From sequence record ON528739: a stretch of DNA of 64,000 nucleotides; one strand, written 5' to 3'. The position numbers were made by a program, and so were the translations under genes. This stretch comes from Shigella phage ESh29. Below the pieces are notes generated by a model. The model saw only the letters and a program-made list of their open reading frames with translations. It was not told the origin of the DNA and ran no database searches. This document shows positions 43,201 to 53,449 of the stretch, piece by piece. Position 1 is the stretch's first letter, and each line of letters starts with the position of its first letter.

Positions 43201-44115
43201 GTATTTGAAGTTAGTGATGAAACGTCTAGTCATTTTTATTCTCAGCGTAATAAAGCTGGAAATATAACATTTAATATCAACGGTACAGTAACACCGATAA
43301 ATGTTAATGCTTCAGGAACATTGAATGCAAATGGTGCTGCAACATTTGGTAATTCAGTCACTGCAACTGGTGAAATTATTTCTCGAAGCGCAAATGCTTT
43401 CCGTGCTATTAACGGAAATTATGGTTTCATTGTTCGCAATGATGGATCAGTAACGAATTTTATGCTTACTGCATCGGGTGATCAGACTGGTGGATTTAAT
43501 GGATTACGTCCTTTAGCTATTAATAATGCATCTGGTCAAGTAACGATTGGTGAAAGCTTAATAATTGCCAAAGGCGCTACTATAAATTCAGGTGGTTTGA
43601 CTGTTAACTCGAGAATTCGTTCTCAGGGCACTAAAACATCTGATTTATATACCCGCGCACCAACATCTGATACTGTAGGATTCTGGTCAATTGATATTAA
43701 CGATTCAGCCACTTATAATCAATTCCCTGGTTATTTTAAAATGGTTGAAAAAACTAATGAAGTGACTGGACTTCCATACTTAGAACGTGGTGAAGAAGTT
43801 AAATCTCCTGGTACATTGACTCAGTTTGGTAACACACTTGATTCACTTTACCAAGATTGGATTACTTATCCAACGACCCCAGAAGCACGTACCACTCGCT
43901 GGACGCGTACATGGCAGAAAACTAAAAATTCTTGGTCAAGTTTTGTTCAGGTATTTGATGGAGGTAACCCTCCTCAACCTTCGGATATAGGAGCAATCCC
44001 ATCTGATAATGGAATAATAGGTAATCTTACTATTCGTGATTTCTTACGAATTGGTAATGTTCGCATTATTCCTGACCCAGTGAATAAAACTGTTAAATTT
44101 GAATGGGTTGAATAA
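40246..44115 (+). CDS. 34: Long tail fibre proximal subunit gp34, 1289 aa
   Basis: Length and position first in the 34-35-36-37-38 cassette; repetitive beta-rich sequence. Confidence 0.9.
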   Translation: MAEIKRKFRAEDGLDAGGDKIINVALADRTVGTDGVNVDYLIQENTVQQYDPTRGYLKDFVIIYNNHFWAATDNIPKPAGSFNRIRWKELRTDAVYTTVSSGPYQLKSGEAISVDTSVGNDIEFTLPPSPLDGETVIIQDIGGKPGINQVKISSSNQSIVNFRGEQVRSVLMTHPKSQMIFIFNNRLWQMYVADYSREAAIVTPSTAYQAQSNDFIVRRFTSAAPINIKLPRFANHGDIINFVDLDKLNPLYHTIVTTYDETTSVQEVGTHSIEGRTSIDGFLMFDDSEKLWRLFDGDSKARLRIITTNSNIRPNEEVMVFGANNGTAQTIELQLPTDISVGDTVKISMNYMRKGQTVKIKAAGEDKIASSVQLLQFPKRSEYPLEAEWVTVQELVFNGETNYVPVLQLAYIEDSDGKYWVVQQNVPTVERVDSLNNSTRARLGVIALATQAQANADLENSPQKELAITPETLANRTATETRRGIARIATTAQVNQNTTFSFADDLIITPKKLNERTATETRRGVAEIATQQETNTGTDDTTIITPKKLQARQGSESLSGIVTFVSTAGATPASSRELNGTNVYNKNTNNLVVSPKALDQYKATPTQQGAVILAVESEVIAGQSQEGWANAVVTPETLHKKTSTDARIGLIEIATQSEVNTGTDYTRAVTPKTLNDRRATESLSGIAEIATQVEFDAGVDDTRISTPLKIKTRFNSTDRTSVVTLSGLVESGTLWDHYTLNILEANETQRGTLRVATQVEAAAGTLDNVLITPKKLLGTKSTESQEGVIKVATQSETVTGTSANTAVSPKNLKWIVQSEPTWAATTAIRGFVKTSSGSLTFVGNDTVGSTQPLESYEKNSYAVSPYELNRVLANYLPLKAKAVDSNLLDGLDSLQFIRRDIAQTVNGSLTLTQQTNLSAPLVSSSTATFGGSVSANSTLTISNTGTATRLIFEKGPQTGTNPAQTMTVRVWGNQFSGESDTTRSTVFEVSDETSSHFYSQRNKAGNITFNINGTVTPINVNASGTLNANGAATFGNSVTATGEIISRSANAFRAINGNYGFIVRNDGSVTNFMLTASGDQTGGFNGLRPLAINNASGQVTIGESLIIAKGATINSGGLTVNSRIRSQGTKTSDLYTRAPTSDTVGFWSIDINDSATYNQFPGYFKMVEKTNEVTGLPYLERGEEVKSPGTLTQFGNTLDSLYQDWITYPTTPEARTTRWTRTWQKTKNSWSSFVQVFDGGNPPQPSDIGAIPSDNGIIGNLTIRDFLRIGNVRIIPDPVNKTVKFEWVE

Positions 44116-44123
44116 GAGGTATT

Positions 44124-45239
44124 ATGGAAAAATTTATGGCAGAGTTTGGACAAGGATATGTCCAAACGCCATTTTTATCGGAAAGCAATTCAGTAAGATA
44201 TAAAATAAGCATAGCGGGTTCTTGCCCGCTTTCTACAGCAGGACCATATGTTAAATTTCAGGATAATCCCGTTGGAAATCAAACATTTAGTGCAGGTCTT
44301 CATTTAAGAGTTTTTGACCCTTCTACAGGAGCATTAGTTGATAGTAAGTCATATGCTTTTTCTGCTTCAAACAATACAACATCTACCGCTTTTGTCAGTT
44401 TCATGAATTCTTTGTCAAACAATAGACTTGTTGCTATATTAACTAGCGGAAAGGTTAATTTTCCTCCTGAAGTGGTATCTTGGTTAAGGGGAGCAGGAAC
44501 TTCAGTTTTTCCATCAGATTCAGTATTGTCAAGATTTGACGTGTCATATGCTGCTTTTTACACTTCTTCTAAAAGAGCTATCGCATTAGAGCATGTTAAA
44601 CTAAGTAATAAAAAAAGCACAGATGATTATCAAACTATTTTAGATGTTGTATTTGATAGTTTAGAAGACGTCGGAGCTACAGGATTTCCTAAAAGAACAT
44701 ACGAAAGCGTTGAGCAATTTATGTCTGCGGTTGGTGGAATTAATAACGAAATTGCGCGATTGCCAACTTCAGCTGCTATAAGTAAACTTTCTGACTACAA
44801 TTTAATTCCTGGTGATGTTCTTTATCTTAAAGCACAACTATATGCTGATGCTGATTTACTTGATCTTGGAACTACAAATATATCTATTCGTTTTTATGAT
44901 GCATCAAATGGATATATTTCCTCGACCCAAGCTGAGTTTACTGGGCAAGCTGGGTCTTGGGAATTAAAAGAAGATTATGTAGTTGTTCCTGAAAATGCAG
45001 TAGGATTTACGATATATGCACAAAGAACTGCTCAAGCAGGTCAAGGCGGAATGAGGAATTTAAGCTTTTCTGAAGTATCAAGAAATGGCGGCATTTCAAA
45101 ACCTGCCGAATTTGGCGTCAACGGTATTCGCGTTAATTATGTCTGTGAATCGGCTTCACCTCCAGATATAATGGTACTTCCTACACAAGCCTCTTCTAAA
45201 ACTGGCAAAGTGTTTGGGCAAGAATTTAGAGAAGTTTAA
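44124..45239 (+). CDS. 35: Long tail fibre hinge protein gp35, 371 aa
   Basis: Size and synteny. Confidence 0.85.
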   Translation: MEKFMAEFGQGYVQTPFLSESNSVRYKISIAGSCPLSTAGPYVKFQDNPVGNQTFSAGLHLRVFDPSTGALVDSKSYAFSASNNTTSTAFVSFMNSLSNNRLVAILTSGKVNFPPEVVSWLRGAGTSVFPSDSVLSRFDVSYAAFYTSSKRAIALEHVKLSNKKSTDDYQTILDVVFDSLEDVGATGFPKRTYESVEQFMSAVGGINNEIARLPTSAAISKLSDYNLIPGDVLYLKAQLYADADLLDLGTTNISIRFYDASNGYISSTQAEFTGQAGSWELKEDYVVVPENAVGFTIYAQRTAQAGQGGMRNLSFSEVSRNGGISKPAEFGVNGIRVNYVCESASPPDIMVLPTQASSKTGKVFGQEFREV

Positions 45240-45244
45240 ACTGA

Positions 45245-45268
45245 GGGAGCCTTCGGGTTCCCTTTTTC
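45245..45268 (+). terminator. Hairpin / terminator after gene 35
   Basis: GGGAGCC-TTCG-GGTTCCC followed by TTTTTCTTT. Confidence 0.6.
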
Positions 45269-45270
45269 TT

Positions 45271-45278
45271 TATAAATA
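45271..45278 (+). promoter_or_regulatory. Late promoter TATAAATA upstream of gene 36
   Basis: Exact TATAAATA 23 nt upstream of the gp36 ATG. Confidence 0.6.
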
Positions 45279-45301
45279 ATATTAAAATAAAGGGGCATAT
45301 A

Positions 45302-45952
45302 ATGGCTGATTTAAAAGTAGGTTCAACTGTAGGTGGATCTGTCATTTGGCATCAAGGAAATTTTCCATTGAATTCAGCCGGTGACGATGTACTCTACAAA
45401 TCATTTAAAATATATTCAGAATATAATAAACCACAGGCAGCTGATAACGATTTCGTTTCTAAAGCTAATGGTGGTACTTACACCGGTCCAATTACTATTA
45501 ATTACGGGGTAAATAGTTATCTTCAATTAAGTAATAATGAAACCCCCATTCGAATTCGTTCTGGTGGCGGTACCGGTAATACTCTTGTAGTTGGCGGCTC
45601 TTCCGGCGGTATTAGTTTTAGACCTGCAGGTAGTGAAATCACTACTGGACAAATTACTATTACGCCAGAAGGTTTGACAACATTTACCAGGGCTGTAACG
45701 GCTCCATCGGTAACTGTTACATCTACTCCTTCCGCAGCATCTGATGTTACTCGCAAAGATTATGTTGATGGAGCAATAAATACTGTTACAGCAAATGCAA
45801 ACTCTAGGGTATTACGCTCTGGAGACACTATGACAGGAAATTTAACTGCGCCAAACCTTTTTTCACAGAATCCTGCATCTCAACCTTCACACGTTCCACG
45901 ATTTGACCAAATCGTAATTAAGGATTCTGTTCAAGATTTCGGCTATTATTAA
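45302..45952 (+). CDS. 36: Long tail fibre distal connector gp36, 216 aa
   Basis: Size and synteny. Confidence 0.85.
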   Translation: MADLKVGSTVGGSVIWHQGNFPLNSAGDDVLYKSFKIYSEYNKPQAADNDFVSKANGGTYTGPITINYGVNSYLQLSNNETPIRIRSGGGTGNTLVVGGSSGGISFRPAGSEITTGQITITPEGLTTFTRAVTAPSVTVTSTPSAASDVTRKDYVDGAINTVTANANSRVLRSGDTMTGNLTAPNLFSQNPASQPSHVPRFDQIVIKDSVQDFGYY

Positions 45953-45960
45953 GAGGACTT

Positions 45961-48927
45961 ATGGCTACTTTAAAACAAATACAATTTAAAAGAAGCAAAA
46001 CTGCAGGTCAACGTCCTGCTGCTTCAGTATTAGCCGAAGGTGAATTGGCTATAAACTTAAAAGATAAAACAATTTTCACAAAAGATGACTCAGGTAGTGT
46101 TATAGAATTAGGTTTAAAATATGGAGGAACAATTGATGGTTCTTTAACTGTTAATGGAAGCATAATTGGAAATTTAACAGGTAACGCTGCAACCGCAACG
46201 AAATTGCAAACACCTAGGAAAATTAATGGTATATCTTTTGATGGGTCAAAGGACATTACCCTAACTCCATCTGACATAAATGTCAATAGCACAACATTTA
46301 TAAAAAATAATGGCGAATTACCTACTAATGCTAATTTAGATGAGTATGGGCCCATTGAAGAATATCTTGGTGTTTGGTCGAAATCTACTTCAACAAATGC
46401 GCAACCAGCAAATAAATTTCCAGAAGAAAATGCCGTAGGTGTACTAGAAGTATTTGTTGCCGGCCAATTTGCTGGCACTCAGCGTTATACTGTAAGATCT
46501 GGTAACGTCTATATTCGTTCCTTATCTGCTAAATGGAATGGCGTCGATGGTCCATGGGGTCCGTGGCGCAATATTCAAACTGGCACACGTCCACTATCAA
46601 CTACGCTAGACTTGAATACTTTGGGTGATGCTTCTCATTTTGGGTTATGGCGAAATAGTTCAAGTGCCATTGCAACATTTTCTCGAAATTACCCAGAAGA
46701 AGGTGGTCTCGCGCAAGGTCTTTTAGAAATTTATGAAGGCGGTAACTATTCTCGTACACAACGTTATACTACCCGAATGGGTGTTGTATATGTTCGTTGT
46801 CTTGCTGGCGCATGGGATCCAGAAGCTCCGAATTGGGGAGAGTGGCAACAAGTAGGTATGGTTACTCCCAGCACATTCTATGACGGAGATCTGAATGATT
46901 TTAAAACTCCTGGGTTATATAATATTTTAGGCACTGATGCCGTTATTAACTGTCCTACCGGTGAAGGTTTGCCGACTGTTATTGTTGGTTTGCTGGAAGT
47001 TAAACAGCGTGCTTCTGGCGGTGCTATTTTCCAAAAATTTACTACTGCCGGAACGGGTGCAACTACTCGCGATCGTATTTTTGAGCGTGCATATACTGGT
47101 GGTGTGTGGGGTGCATGGAACGAAGTATATACATCTTATTCTTTGCCAATTACTTTGGGTATGGGTGGTATTAAAACTCAATTAGCGGAGCTAGATTGGC
47201 AAACATTTGATTTTGTTCCTGGTAGTATGTTTAGCGTTCCTTTGAACAAAATAAAGAACATGCCAGCAAATATGAATTGGGGTACGATTGACGGAAACTT
47301 GGTTATGTTTTCTGTCGGTCCTAGCGAACACACCAGCACAGGACGTACTGTTCAGGTTTGGCGTGGTACTGTATCCCAGACAAACTACCGTTATTTTGTC
47401 GTTCGTGTGTTCGGTAATTCTGGAAATAGAACTTGCACAGTTCGCCGTGTTGTTCTTGAAGACGGATCACATACTTGGACTGCTCAACAAGATTTTAATG
47501 GTGCTGTTAGCTTTGGTAGTTCAACAACGTTTAAATCAACTACAACATTTAATACAGAAGTTAAATTTCGCTCATTGAATGCATTCCGTATGTATGGCGG
47601 AAAATTTGGTACATTTTTACGTAATGATGGAGAGAGTCTTTATATTCTTTCCACCGACGAAGATGATCAAGATGGAAACTTTAATACAAATAGACCTTTC
47701 CGTTATGAATTAAGAACTGGTGATGTTACTTTGGGTGGTGTTAGTGGTGCTAACGTTTTAAAACTAAAACGTGATTCTCTCACCGCATTTTTTGGCGGTG
47801 ATATTAATATGAAAGGCTTGCTGACTTTTGACGCCGGACGTTTAGGATCACGAGATTATTTTAAATTTAACCATTGGGGTGATAGTAATAATGCTCGTGA
47901 TAACATCATCCAGTTAGAAGATAGCAAAGGCGTTCATTTTTCCACTGAACGTACTTTAGCGACTGGTGCAATTAAGACTAAATTTTTTGGTGAAGTTGAA
48001 TCCGATGGACGATTGATTATTAAACGTCCGGGTGATTCTATTGTATTATCAGCACCTGCTAGTAATTCTTTGCATATTCGTGGTGACGTAGACGGGACTG
48101 GTAACTGGTATATTGGTAAGGGTGGTGATGATAATGGATTAGCGTTCTATAGTTATGCTACTAATGCTGGTGTATACATTACAAACGCAGGAGATATCTC
48201 GCTAAGTCCAAAGGGTGCCGAAATGGCTCAGGTCAATAACGTTCGATTATATGTTCATGGTGAACGTTGGACCGCTAGTCAACCAGGTGATTGGGGTAGT
48301 CAGTGGCAAGTGGAAGCGCCAATATTCGTCGATCATGGTTATGTTTCACAGGATTGTTATTATCCAATTATTAAAGGAAGAAGTGTAATCACCAATCAAG
48401 GGTTTGTAACTGCCGTCGATCTTGGTATTCGTCGTGTCCCTGACAATTGGGGGCAAGCAATTATTCGTGTTGGATCTGCAGAGGCTTCACCAGCGGCTGG
48501 ACACCCTAACGCGGTATTTGAATTTCATTACGACGGTACTTTCTATTCTCCTGGTAATGGTAATTTTAACGATGTGTATATTCGTTCCGATGGTCGACTT
48601 AAGATCAATAAAGAAGAGTTAGAAAACGGAGCACTTGAAAAAGTATGCCGACTGAAAGTTTATACATACGATAAGGTTAAGTCTATTAAAGATCGTAGTG
48701 TTATTAAACGTGAAGTTGGTATTATTGCTCAGGATCTTGAAAAAGAATTATCAGAAGCTGTATCTAAAGTTGAAGTTGATGGATCTGATGTTCTGACAAT
48801 TTCTAACTCCGCTGTGAATGCTCTTTTAATTAAGGCCATTCAGGAAATGAGCGAAGAAATTAAAGAATTGAAAACGCCTTTCTTCACTAAAATTGCTCGC
48901 AAAATTGGTAAATACTTTAAATTCTAA
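45961..48927 (+). CDS. 37: Long tail fibre distal subunit gp37, 988 aa
   Basis: Size and synteny; followed by a glycine-rich gp38. Confidence 0.9.
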   Translation: MATLKQIQFKRSKTAGQRPAASVLAEGELAINLKDKTIFTKDDSGSVIELGLKYGGTIDGSLTVNGSIIGNLTGNAATATKLQTPRKINGISFDGSKDITLTPSDINVNSTTFIKNNGELPTNANLDEYGPIEEYLGVWSKSTSTNAQPANKFPEENAVGVLEVFVAGQFAGTQRYTVRSGNVYIRSLSAKWNGVDGPWGPWRNIQTGTRPLSTTLDLNTLGDASHFGLWRNSSSAIATFSRNYPEEGGLAQGLLEIYEGGNYSRTQRYTTRMGVVYVRCLAGAWDPEAPNWGEWQQVGMVTPSTFYDGDLNDFKTPGLYNILGTDAVINCPTGEGLPTVIVGLLEVKQRASGGAIFQKFTTAGTGATTRDRIFERAYTGGVWGAWNEVYTSYSLPITLGMGGIKTQLAELDWQTFDFVPGSMFSVPLNKIKNMPANMNWGTIDGNLVMFSVGPSEHTSTGRTVQVWRGTVSQTNYRYFVVRVFGNSGNRTCTVRRVVLEDGSHTWTAQQDFNGAVSFGSSTTFKSTTTFNTEVKFRSLNAFRMYGGKFGTFLRNDGESLYILSTDEDDQDGNFNTNRPFRYELRTGDVTLGGVSGANVLKLKRDSLTAFFGGDINMKGLLTFDAGRLGSRDYFKFNHWGDSNNARDNIIQLEDSKGVHFSTERTLATGAIKTKFFGEVESDGRLIIKRPGDSIVLSAPASNSLHIRGDVDGTGNWYIGKGGDDNGLAFYSYATNAGVYITNAGDISLSPKGAEMAQVNNVRLYVHGERWTASQPGDWGSQWQVEAPIFVDHGYVSQDCYYPIIKGRSVITNQGFVTAVDLGIRRVPDNWGQAIIRVGSAEASPAAGHPNAVFEFHYDGTFYSPGNGNFNDVYIRSDGRLKINKEELENGALEKVCRLKVYTYDKVKSIKDRSVIKREVGIIAQDLEKELSEAVSKVEVDGSDVLTISNSAVNALLIKAIQEMSEEIKELKTPFFTKIARKIGKYFKF

Positions 48928-48959
48928 CAACAAGGGGCATTGCCCCTTTGGAGAAAATT

Positions 48960-49760
48960 ATGGCAGTAGTTGGTGTTCCTGGTTGGATTGGAAGTTCATC
49001 CGTAAATGAAACAGGACAACGATGGATGAGTCAAGCGGCTGGTCAATTAAGATTGGGTGTTCCTTGCTGGATGAGCCAATTCGCCGGACGCTCAAGAGAG
49101 ATTATTCATACCGTAACAGCAAACCATAACTTTAATGGTCAATGGTTCCGCGACCGTTGCTTTGAAGCTGGCGGTGCACCCATTGTATTCAATATTGTTG
49201 GTGATATCGTTTCTTATTCTAAAGATGTGCCACTTTTCTTTATGTATGGGGATACGCCTAATGAATATGTTGTTCTTAATATTCATGGTGGTGTTCATAT
49301 GTGGGGTCGTGGTGGTAATGGTGGATACACTCACTCAGGAGGCGACGGTAACGGTACACAAGGCGGTCATGTTATTCAAAATGATATCGGTGGACGGCTT
49401 CGTATTTGGAACTATGGTGTTATAGCTGCTGGCGGCGGCGGCGGCGGTGGTATTGCATATCGTCCACACTCAGGGGCAAACTGGCAAGATATCGGTGGCG
49501 GTGGTGGTCGACCTTTCGGTGGTGCTGGCGGTGGCGGTTATTCCGGTGGTGCTGCTTCGTATGAAGGTCCGGGTGGTGGTTATGACTATGGTAACGCACA
49601 CTCCGGCGCTGGTGGTAATGCTGGTGCTGCTGGTCAGAATGCATGGTCTGACGGCGGTAAAGTTCTTAAAGTTGGTGTTGGTGGTGCGTCTGGTCATGCA
49701 GTGTTTGGGTCTTCTCCAACTTGGGGTGCTGTTGGAACAATTTACGGACCAAGAGTATAA
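48960..49760 (+). CDS. 38: Tail fibre tip adhesin gp38 with glycine-rich motifs, 266 aa
   Basis: ATG at 48960 after GGAG (track ORF 48948 begins at TTG); several poly-Gly blocks separated by variable segments. Confidence 0.8.
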   Translation: MAVVGVPGWIGSSSVNETGQRWMSQAAGQLRLGVPCWMSQFAGRSREIIHTVTANHNFNGQWFRDRCFEAGGAPIVFNIVGDIVSYSKDVPLFFMYGDTPNEYVVLNIHGGVHMWGRGGNGGYTHSGGDGNGTQGGHVIQNDIGGRLRIWNYGVIAAGGGGGGGIAYRPHSGANWQDIGGGGGRPFGGAGGGGYSGGAASYEGPGGGYDYGNAHSGAGGNAGAAGQNAWSDGGKVLKVGVGGASGHAVFGSSPTWGAVGTIYGPRV

Positions 49761-49791
49761 TTTTGAATAAATATCCTTAAAAGGAGGGTCT

Positions 49792-50448
49792 ATGGCAGCA
49801 CCTAGAATATCATTTTCGCCCTCTGGTATTCTGTTGGGTGTTCTAGATCGCTTGTTCAAAGATAATGCTACCGGGAAAGTTCTTGCTTCCCGGGTAGCTG
49901 TCGTAATTCTTTTGTTTATAATGGCGATTGTTTGGTATAGGGGAGATAGTTTCTTTGAGTACTATAAGCAATCAAAGTATGAAACATACAGCGAAATTAT
50001 TGAAAAGGAAAGAAATGCACGCTTTGAATCTGTCGCCCTGGAACAACTCCAGATAGTTCATATATCATCTGAGGCAGACTTTAGTGCGGTGTATTCTTTC
50101 CGCCCTAAAAACTTAAACTATTTTGTTGATATTATAGCATATGAAGGAAAATTACCTTCAACAATAAGTGAAAAATCACTTGGAGGATATCCTGTTGATA
50201 AAACTATGGATGAATATGCAGTTCATTTAAATGGACGTCATTATTATTCCGACTCAAAATTTGCTTTTTTACCAACTAAAAAGCCTACTCCCGAAATAAA
50301 TTACATGTACAGTTGTCCATATTTCAATTTGGATAATATCTATGCTGGAACAATAACCATGTACTGGTATAGAAATGATCATATAAGTAATGACCGCCTT
50401 GAATCAATATGTTCTCAGGCGGCCAGAATATTAGGAAGGGCTAAATAA
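49792..50448 (+). CDS. t: Holin T, 218 aa
   Basis: Length, single N-terminal TM segment, position after gene 38. Confidence 0.9.
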   Translation: MAAPRISFSPSGILLGVLDRLFKDNATGKVLASRVAVVILLFIMAIVWYRGDSFFEYYKQSKYETYSEIIEKERNARFESVALEQLQIVHISSEADFSAVYSFRPKNLNYFVDIIAYEGKLPSTISEKSLGGYPVDKTMDEYAVHLNGRHYYSDSKFAFLPTKKPTPEINYMYSCPYFNLDNIYAGTITMYWYRNDHISNDRLESICSQAARILGRAK

Positions 50449-50721
50449 TTATTTGTTTGTATACATTTCTAGATATCGATATACACCCTCAAAACCCTCA
50501 TTGAATTCGTCGATGAGGGTTTTCTTATCTTCTTGGGTTAATTCAGAAACAATTTTACGGAATGAATTCTGATTTAACTTTCTACCTTCATGCGTTACTC
50601 CAATCTCATTCAGAAATGCAATAAAATTAGCACGATTCTCAACAATATCTTCTCTGGAAAATTTAATCAAAATAGACGCAACAGTAATAATTTCACGAAC
50701 TGTATCAATATTTTTATTCAT
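50449..50721 (-). CDS. asiA: Anti-sigma-70 protein AsiA, 90 aa
   Basis: Sequence and length recognised as AsiA. Confidence 0.9.
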   Translation of the reverse strand: MNKNIDTVREIITVASILIKFSREDIVENRANFIAFLNEIGVTHEGRKLNQNSFRKIVSELTQEDKKTLIDEFNEGFEGVYRYLEMYTNK

Positions 50722-50733
50722 TAACTATACCAC

Positions 50734-50886
50734 TCAATTAGTTGACTTTGTTATAATATCATCAGACGCTTGATTTGTAAACTGGTCTGTGTTATTTTCT
50801 TCAAAAATTTTTTCTACGAATTCCTTGAACGACTCGCGTTCCTGAGCTACATTATGCTCGATTACCATTTCAAGATTATGACTCAT
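50734..50886 (-). CDS. Small hypothetical protein, 50 aa
   Basis: Hand-translated ORF below the track cut-off; ATGA overlap with the arn stop. Confidence 0.35.
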   Translation of the reverse strand: MSHNLEMVIEHNVAQERESFKEFVEKIFEENNTDQFTNQASDDIITKSTN

Positions 50887-51161
50887 TCGAAATAATCTTC
50901 AATTTCGTAATCATGGACGTAAATCATTATAGTTTTTAATACATCATCAATACTTTTTCCTGGAGCTGGAATTACGTAAAAATATCCTGCTTTTGAGAGG
51001 TCTTTATAAGTTCCAACCAAGAAATCATTATTCTCGAGATGTAATTCTTCAACTAATTCATTAACAATTGAACAGTATAAATTTGGTAGAAACTTATATA
51101 GCTTTTCTAGAATATCAATTTTGATTGTATATTGAACCACAGATTGAGAATCAATAATCAT
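50883..51161 (-). CDS. arn: Arn-like anti-restriction protein, 92 aa
   Basis: 92 aa and adjacent to asiA as in T4; sequence identity not verified. Confidence 0.55.
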   Translation of the reverse strand: MIIDSQSVVQYTIKIDILEKLYKFLPNLYCSIVNELVEELHLENNDFLVGTYKDLSKAGYFYVIPAPGKSIDDVLKTIMIYVHDYEIEDYFE

Positions 51162-51244
51162 AGACCTTCCCCTTATGTTTCTGTTTGCGATTAGATTCTT
51201 TAAACGCTTTCTTCTTATCCTTATGAACAGAAGCTTTATTAAAA

Positions 51245-51463
51245 TTATGTTTTGCGACTAAATTGTTCATAGTGCTGAATTACCTCTCTCAAACATTTGC
51301 ATGTGAATGAAAACTTTTTAGCTACACCACATTCAAATATGTGTTCTCTTAAATCACGTGTATCAGTATATCCCATCTCAACGATAAAATGCCGTATTAG
51401 ATTTTTATCTTTATCATTGAGAGAATTAAAATAATCAGATTTTGAATTAATTTCCCTGGCCAA
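51245..51463 (-). CDS. Hypothetical protein, 72 aa
   Basis: ORF between arn and motA. Confidence 0.4.
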   Translation of the reverse strand: MAREINSKSDYFNSLNDKDKNLIRHFIVEMGYTDTRDLREHIFECGVAKKFSFTCKCLREVIQHYEQFSRKT

Positions 51464-51743
51464 ATTGAATCACCTTCAACTGACGTTTTAACTCTTTTAT
51501 CATCTCTTCGTTCATCGCAATATAAAGATCGCGTAAAGCAGGTTTTAACATTCCATTTACTGGAGAACTAAATGGACATACATAATCTTTTCCTACGAGC
51601 TTTTTAGTGAATTCCATATCACAAAACTGAAATGCAGGTTCATTAGCATAAATTCCCCAATTGGTTGACATCATTTTATTGGCATATTCCAATGCTTGGA
51701 TTTGATTCGTAATTCCGTCAATTTGAAACTTTTTAATATTCAT
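51447..51743 (-). CDS. Hypothetical protein, 98 aa
   Basis: ORF between arn and motA. Confidence 0.4.
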   Translation of the reverse strand: MNIKKFQIDGITNQIQALEYANKMMSTNWGIYANEPAFQFCDMEFTKKLVGKDYVCPFSSPVNGMLKPALRDLYIAMNEEMIKELKRQLKVIQFGQGN

Positions 51744-52204
51744 TAGTAAAGGTCCTCAGAGTAAAGTTCTTTTTCACTACCACCACGTTCAATACGTACT
51801 TGTCCGGCGTAAGTTGCAATAATCATTGCTTCTTCACGTGTCCAATAATTACTATATTGGTCAATAAACCCTTGGTCATCATCACAAACTTGTTGAGTAA
51901 CTAATTGAGGTTTAACTACATCTAAAACTTCTGCCATATCTTTAGAATAATGACGAGCACCTGGAATAATAAGAGTTCGTCCATCTTTTAATTTAAAACG
52001 GTTGGCTGCACAGACAATTCGTCGTTGATACTTTTGGTTTTCATCCCAATATGCAGTCTGCCAACAGATTTCAGGAACTTCTTTCAGAATATCTTCTTCT
52101 GTGCATTTATAACCATGCGCTTTAAATTTTTCAACAAGACTTTCTGGAGTTTCACGAGATAAAGGAACATTCAGCATTTTTAAACGATTAATAAATGGGT
52201 TCAT
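51743..52204 (-). CDS. Hypothetical protein, 153 aa
   Basis: ORF between arn and motA. Confidence 0.45.
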   Translation of the reverse strand: MNPFINRLKMLNVPLSRETPESLVEKFKAHGYKCTEEDILKEVPEICWQTAYWDENQKYQRRIVCAANRFKLKDGRTLIIPGARHYSKDMAEVLDVVKPQLVTQQVCDDDQGFIDQYSNYWTREEAMIIATYAGQVRIERGGSEKELYSEDLY

Positions 52205-52530
52205 TTAAACCATCCTTTAATACGCTGCCACAAAGTTTTCTGTTGAGCTTTGTTAACACCAATTGAGCGAATAACTGGTTGAGATTCCTGGAATTCTTTA
52301 TAATCAGCAAGGTAAATTTCGTAAGCTGCATCTGTAAAGGAACTTATCGCTGCCATAAAATTATTGCGAATACCTACTAGAGCATCTTTACTTTCACGAA
52401 TAATCATGTATTTACCAGTCTTAATCTTTACGATAGTTCCAAGATAAGCTCCATGGTACCAAATATCCCAACCCTCTTGAGTAGGTTCTGCGCAACGACG
52501 AAGTTCATTAACAATTTCTAACTTGTTCAT
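52201..52530 (-). CDS. Hypothetical protein, 109 aa (motA.1 position)
   Basis: ORF directly downstream of motA. Confidence 0.45.
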   Translation of the reverse strand: MNKLEIVNELRRCAEPTQEGWDIWYHGAYLGTIVKIKTGKYMIIRESKDALVGIRNNFMAAISSFTDAAYEIYLADYKEFQESQPVIRSIGVNKAQQKTLWQRIKGWFK

Positions 52531-52540
52531 TATTTATTCC

Positions 52541-53176
52541 TCACAGTTCAGATGCTACAGTGATTACTGCTTCAATGTTTTCTGCCGAGCGTTTAATGTC
52601 AAGATACACATTACCGTTTTTAGCGATTTTACAAGACATTCCGATATCAGTAAATTTCTGAATATGATGTTCCATCATTTTATATCCAAAAATTCGCATA
52701 TTTCCATTATTGTTAATTTCAAAATTGCGAATTCCGTGAGTGCGTTTTTCTAAAATAGCAAGATAGTTACTGCGGTAAGTTTCAACCTTTTTAAGAACAA
52801 ATCCATTTTCATCTAAAAGTTTTAACATGAAGTCTTTATCTTCTTCCATATCGGAAGTAATCTCGCGAGCTTTACGAGTTGCTCGTTTTTTCAGCAGTTC
52901 CGGAGCATTTTCCTGTGCATATAAAGTTGCTGCGTTTGAAATAATATCCTGAGCTTCACCAGTAATGATTAATCCATCACCTGATTTCTCCACCAGGCCT
53001 TTTTTAATCAATACCCCAATATTACTATTAACTACTGCGTTACCTAAATCTGGATGCACCTCACGAACTTCTGCAGCTGTAATGAAATCTTTCTTAGCAA
53101 TGGTAATTAAAATCGCAGCAGTTTTTTCATTCAGAACATCGTTAGAAGCTTTGATGATGTAAGTTACTTTAGACAT
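52541..53176 (-). CDS. motA: Middle-transcription activator MotA, 211 aa
   Basis: Sequence and length recognised as T4 MotA. Confidence 0.9.
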   Translation of the reverse strand: MSKVTYIIKASNDVLNEKTAAILITIAKKDFITAAEVREVHPDLGNAVVNSNIGVLIKKGLVEKSGDGLIITGEAQDIISNAATLYAQENAPELLKKRATRKAREITSDMEEDKDFMLKLLDENGFVLKKVETYRSNYLAILEKRTHGIRNFEINNNGNMRIFGYKMMEHHIQKFTDIGMSCKIAKNGNVYLDIKRSAENIEAVITVASEL

Positions 53177-53217
53177 TTTCTAATCTCCGTAATTCTGTAT
53201 CAGTAGTTGATAGTTGT

Positions 53218-53247
53218 ATAGTACCACAGTATGCTTTGGTTGTAAAC
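53218..53247 (-). promoter_or_regulatory. Early-promoter-like element (GTTTAC, 18-nt spacer, TACTAT) for motA
   Basis: Minus-strand GTTTAC at 53242-53247 and TACTAT at 53218-53223; shares the TGTGGTACTATACAACTATCAAC block with other copies. Confidence 0.55.
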
Positions 53248-53265
53248 CGGTTTGTGAAAAAATTA

Positions 53266-53294
53266 AAATAAAAAGGGAGAGCCGAGGCTCTCCC
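53266..53294 (-). terminator. Rho-independent terminator (minus strand) after gene 52 and the small ORF
   Basis: GGGAGAGCC...GGCTCTCCC hairpin followed by TTTTTATTTT on the minus strand. Confidence 0.7.
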
Positions 53295-53299
53295 TAAAA

Positions 53300-53449
53300 T
53301 TACTGCATGACTGTGATAACTGTCATGATAACACGTTGAATTCCGAACGCAAGAAGACCTCCTGCTACGGCTGGAACAACGCCTAAACCCGCCAGTAAAA
53401 TGCTACCAGATACTAATGCAGCGCTTGTAATACCTATGAATGGACTCAT
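53300..53449 (-). CDS. Small hydrophobic membrane peptide, 49 aa
   Basis: Hand-translated ORF (MSPFIGITSAALVSGSILLAGLGVVPAVAGG...); ATGA overlap with the gp52 stop. Confidence 0.4.
   Translation of the reverse strand: MSPFIGITSAALVSGSILLAGLGVVPAVAGGLLAFGIQRVIMTVITVMQ

Noticed and set aside
49430-49520. Short tandem GGC/GGT repeats, considered as a possible CRISPR or VNTR array
   Set aside because: The repeats are in frame inside gp38 and encode glycine-rich motifs. There is no spacer-repeat periodicity.
49420-49859. Minus-strand ORFs of 74 and 129 aa rich in His/Arg/Thr overlapping gene 38
   Set aside because: They are antisense reading frames through the poly-Gly (GGN repeat) region of gp38. 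Low-complexity shadow ORFs, with no start context.
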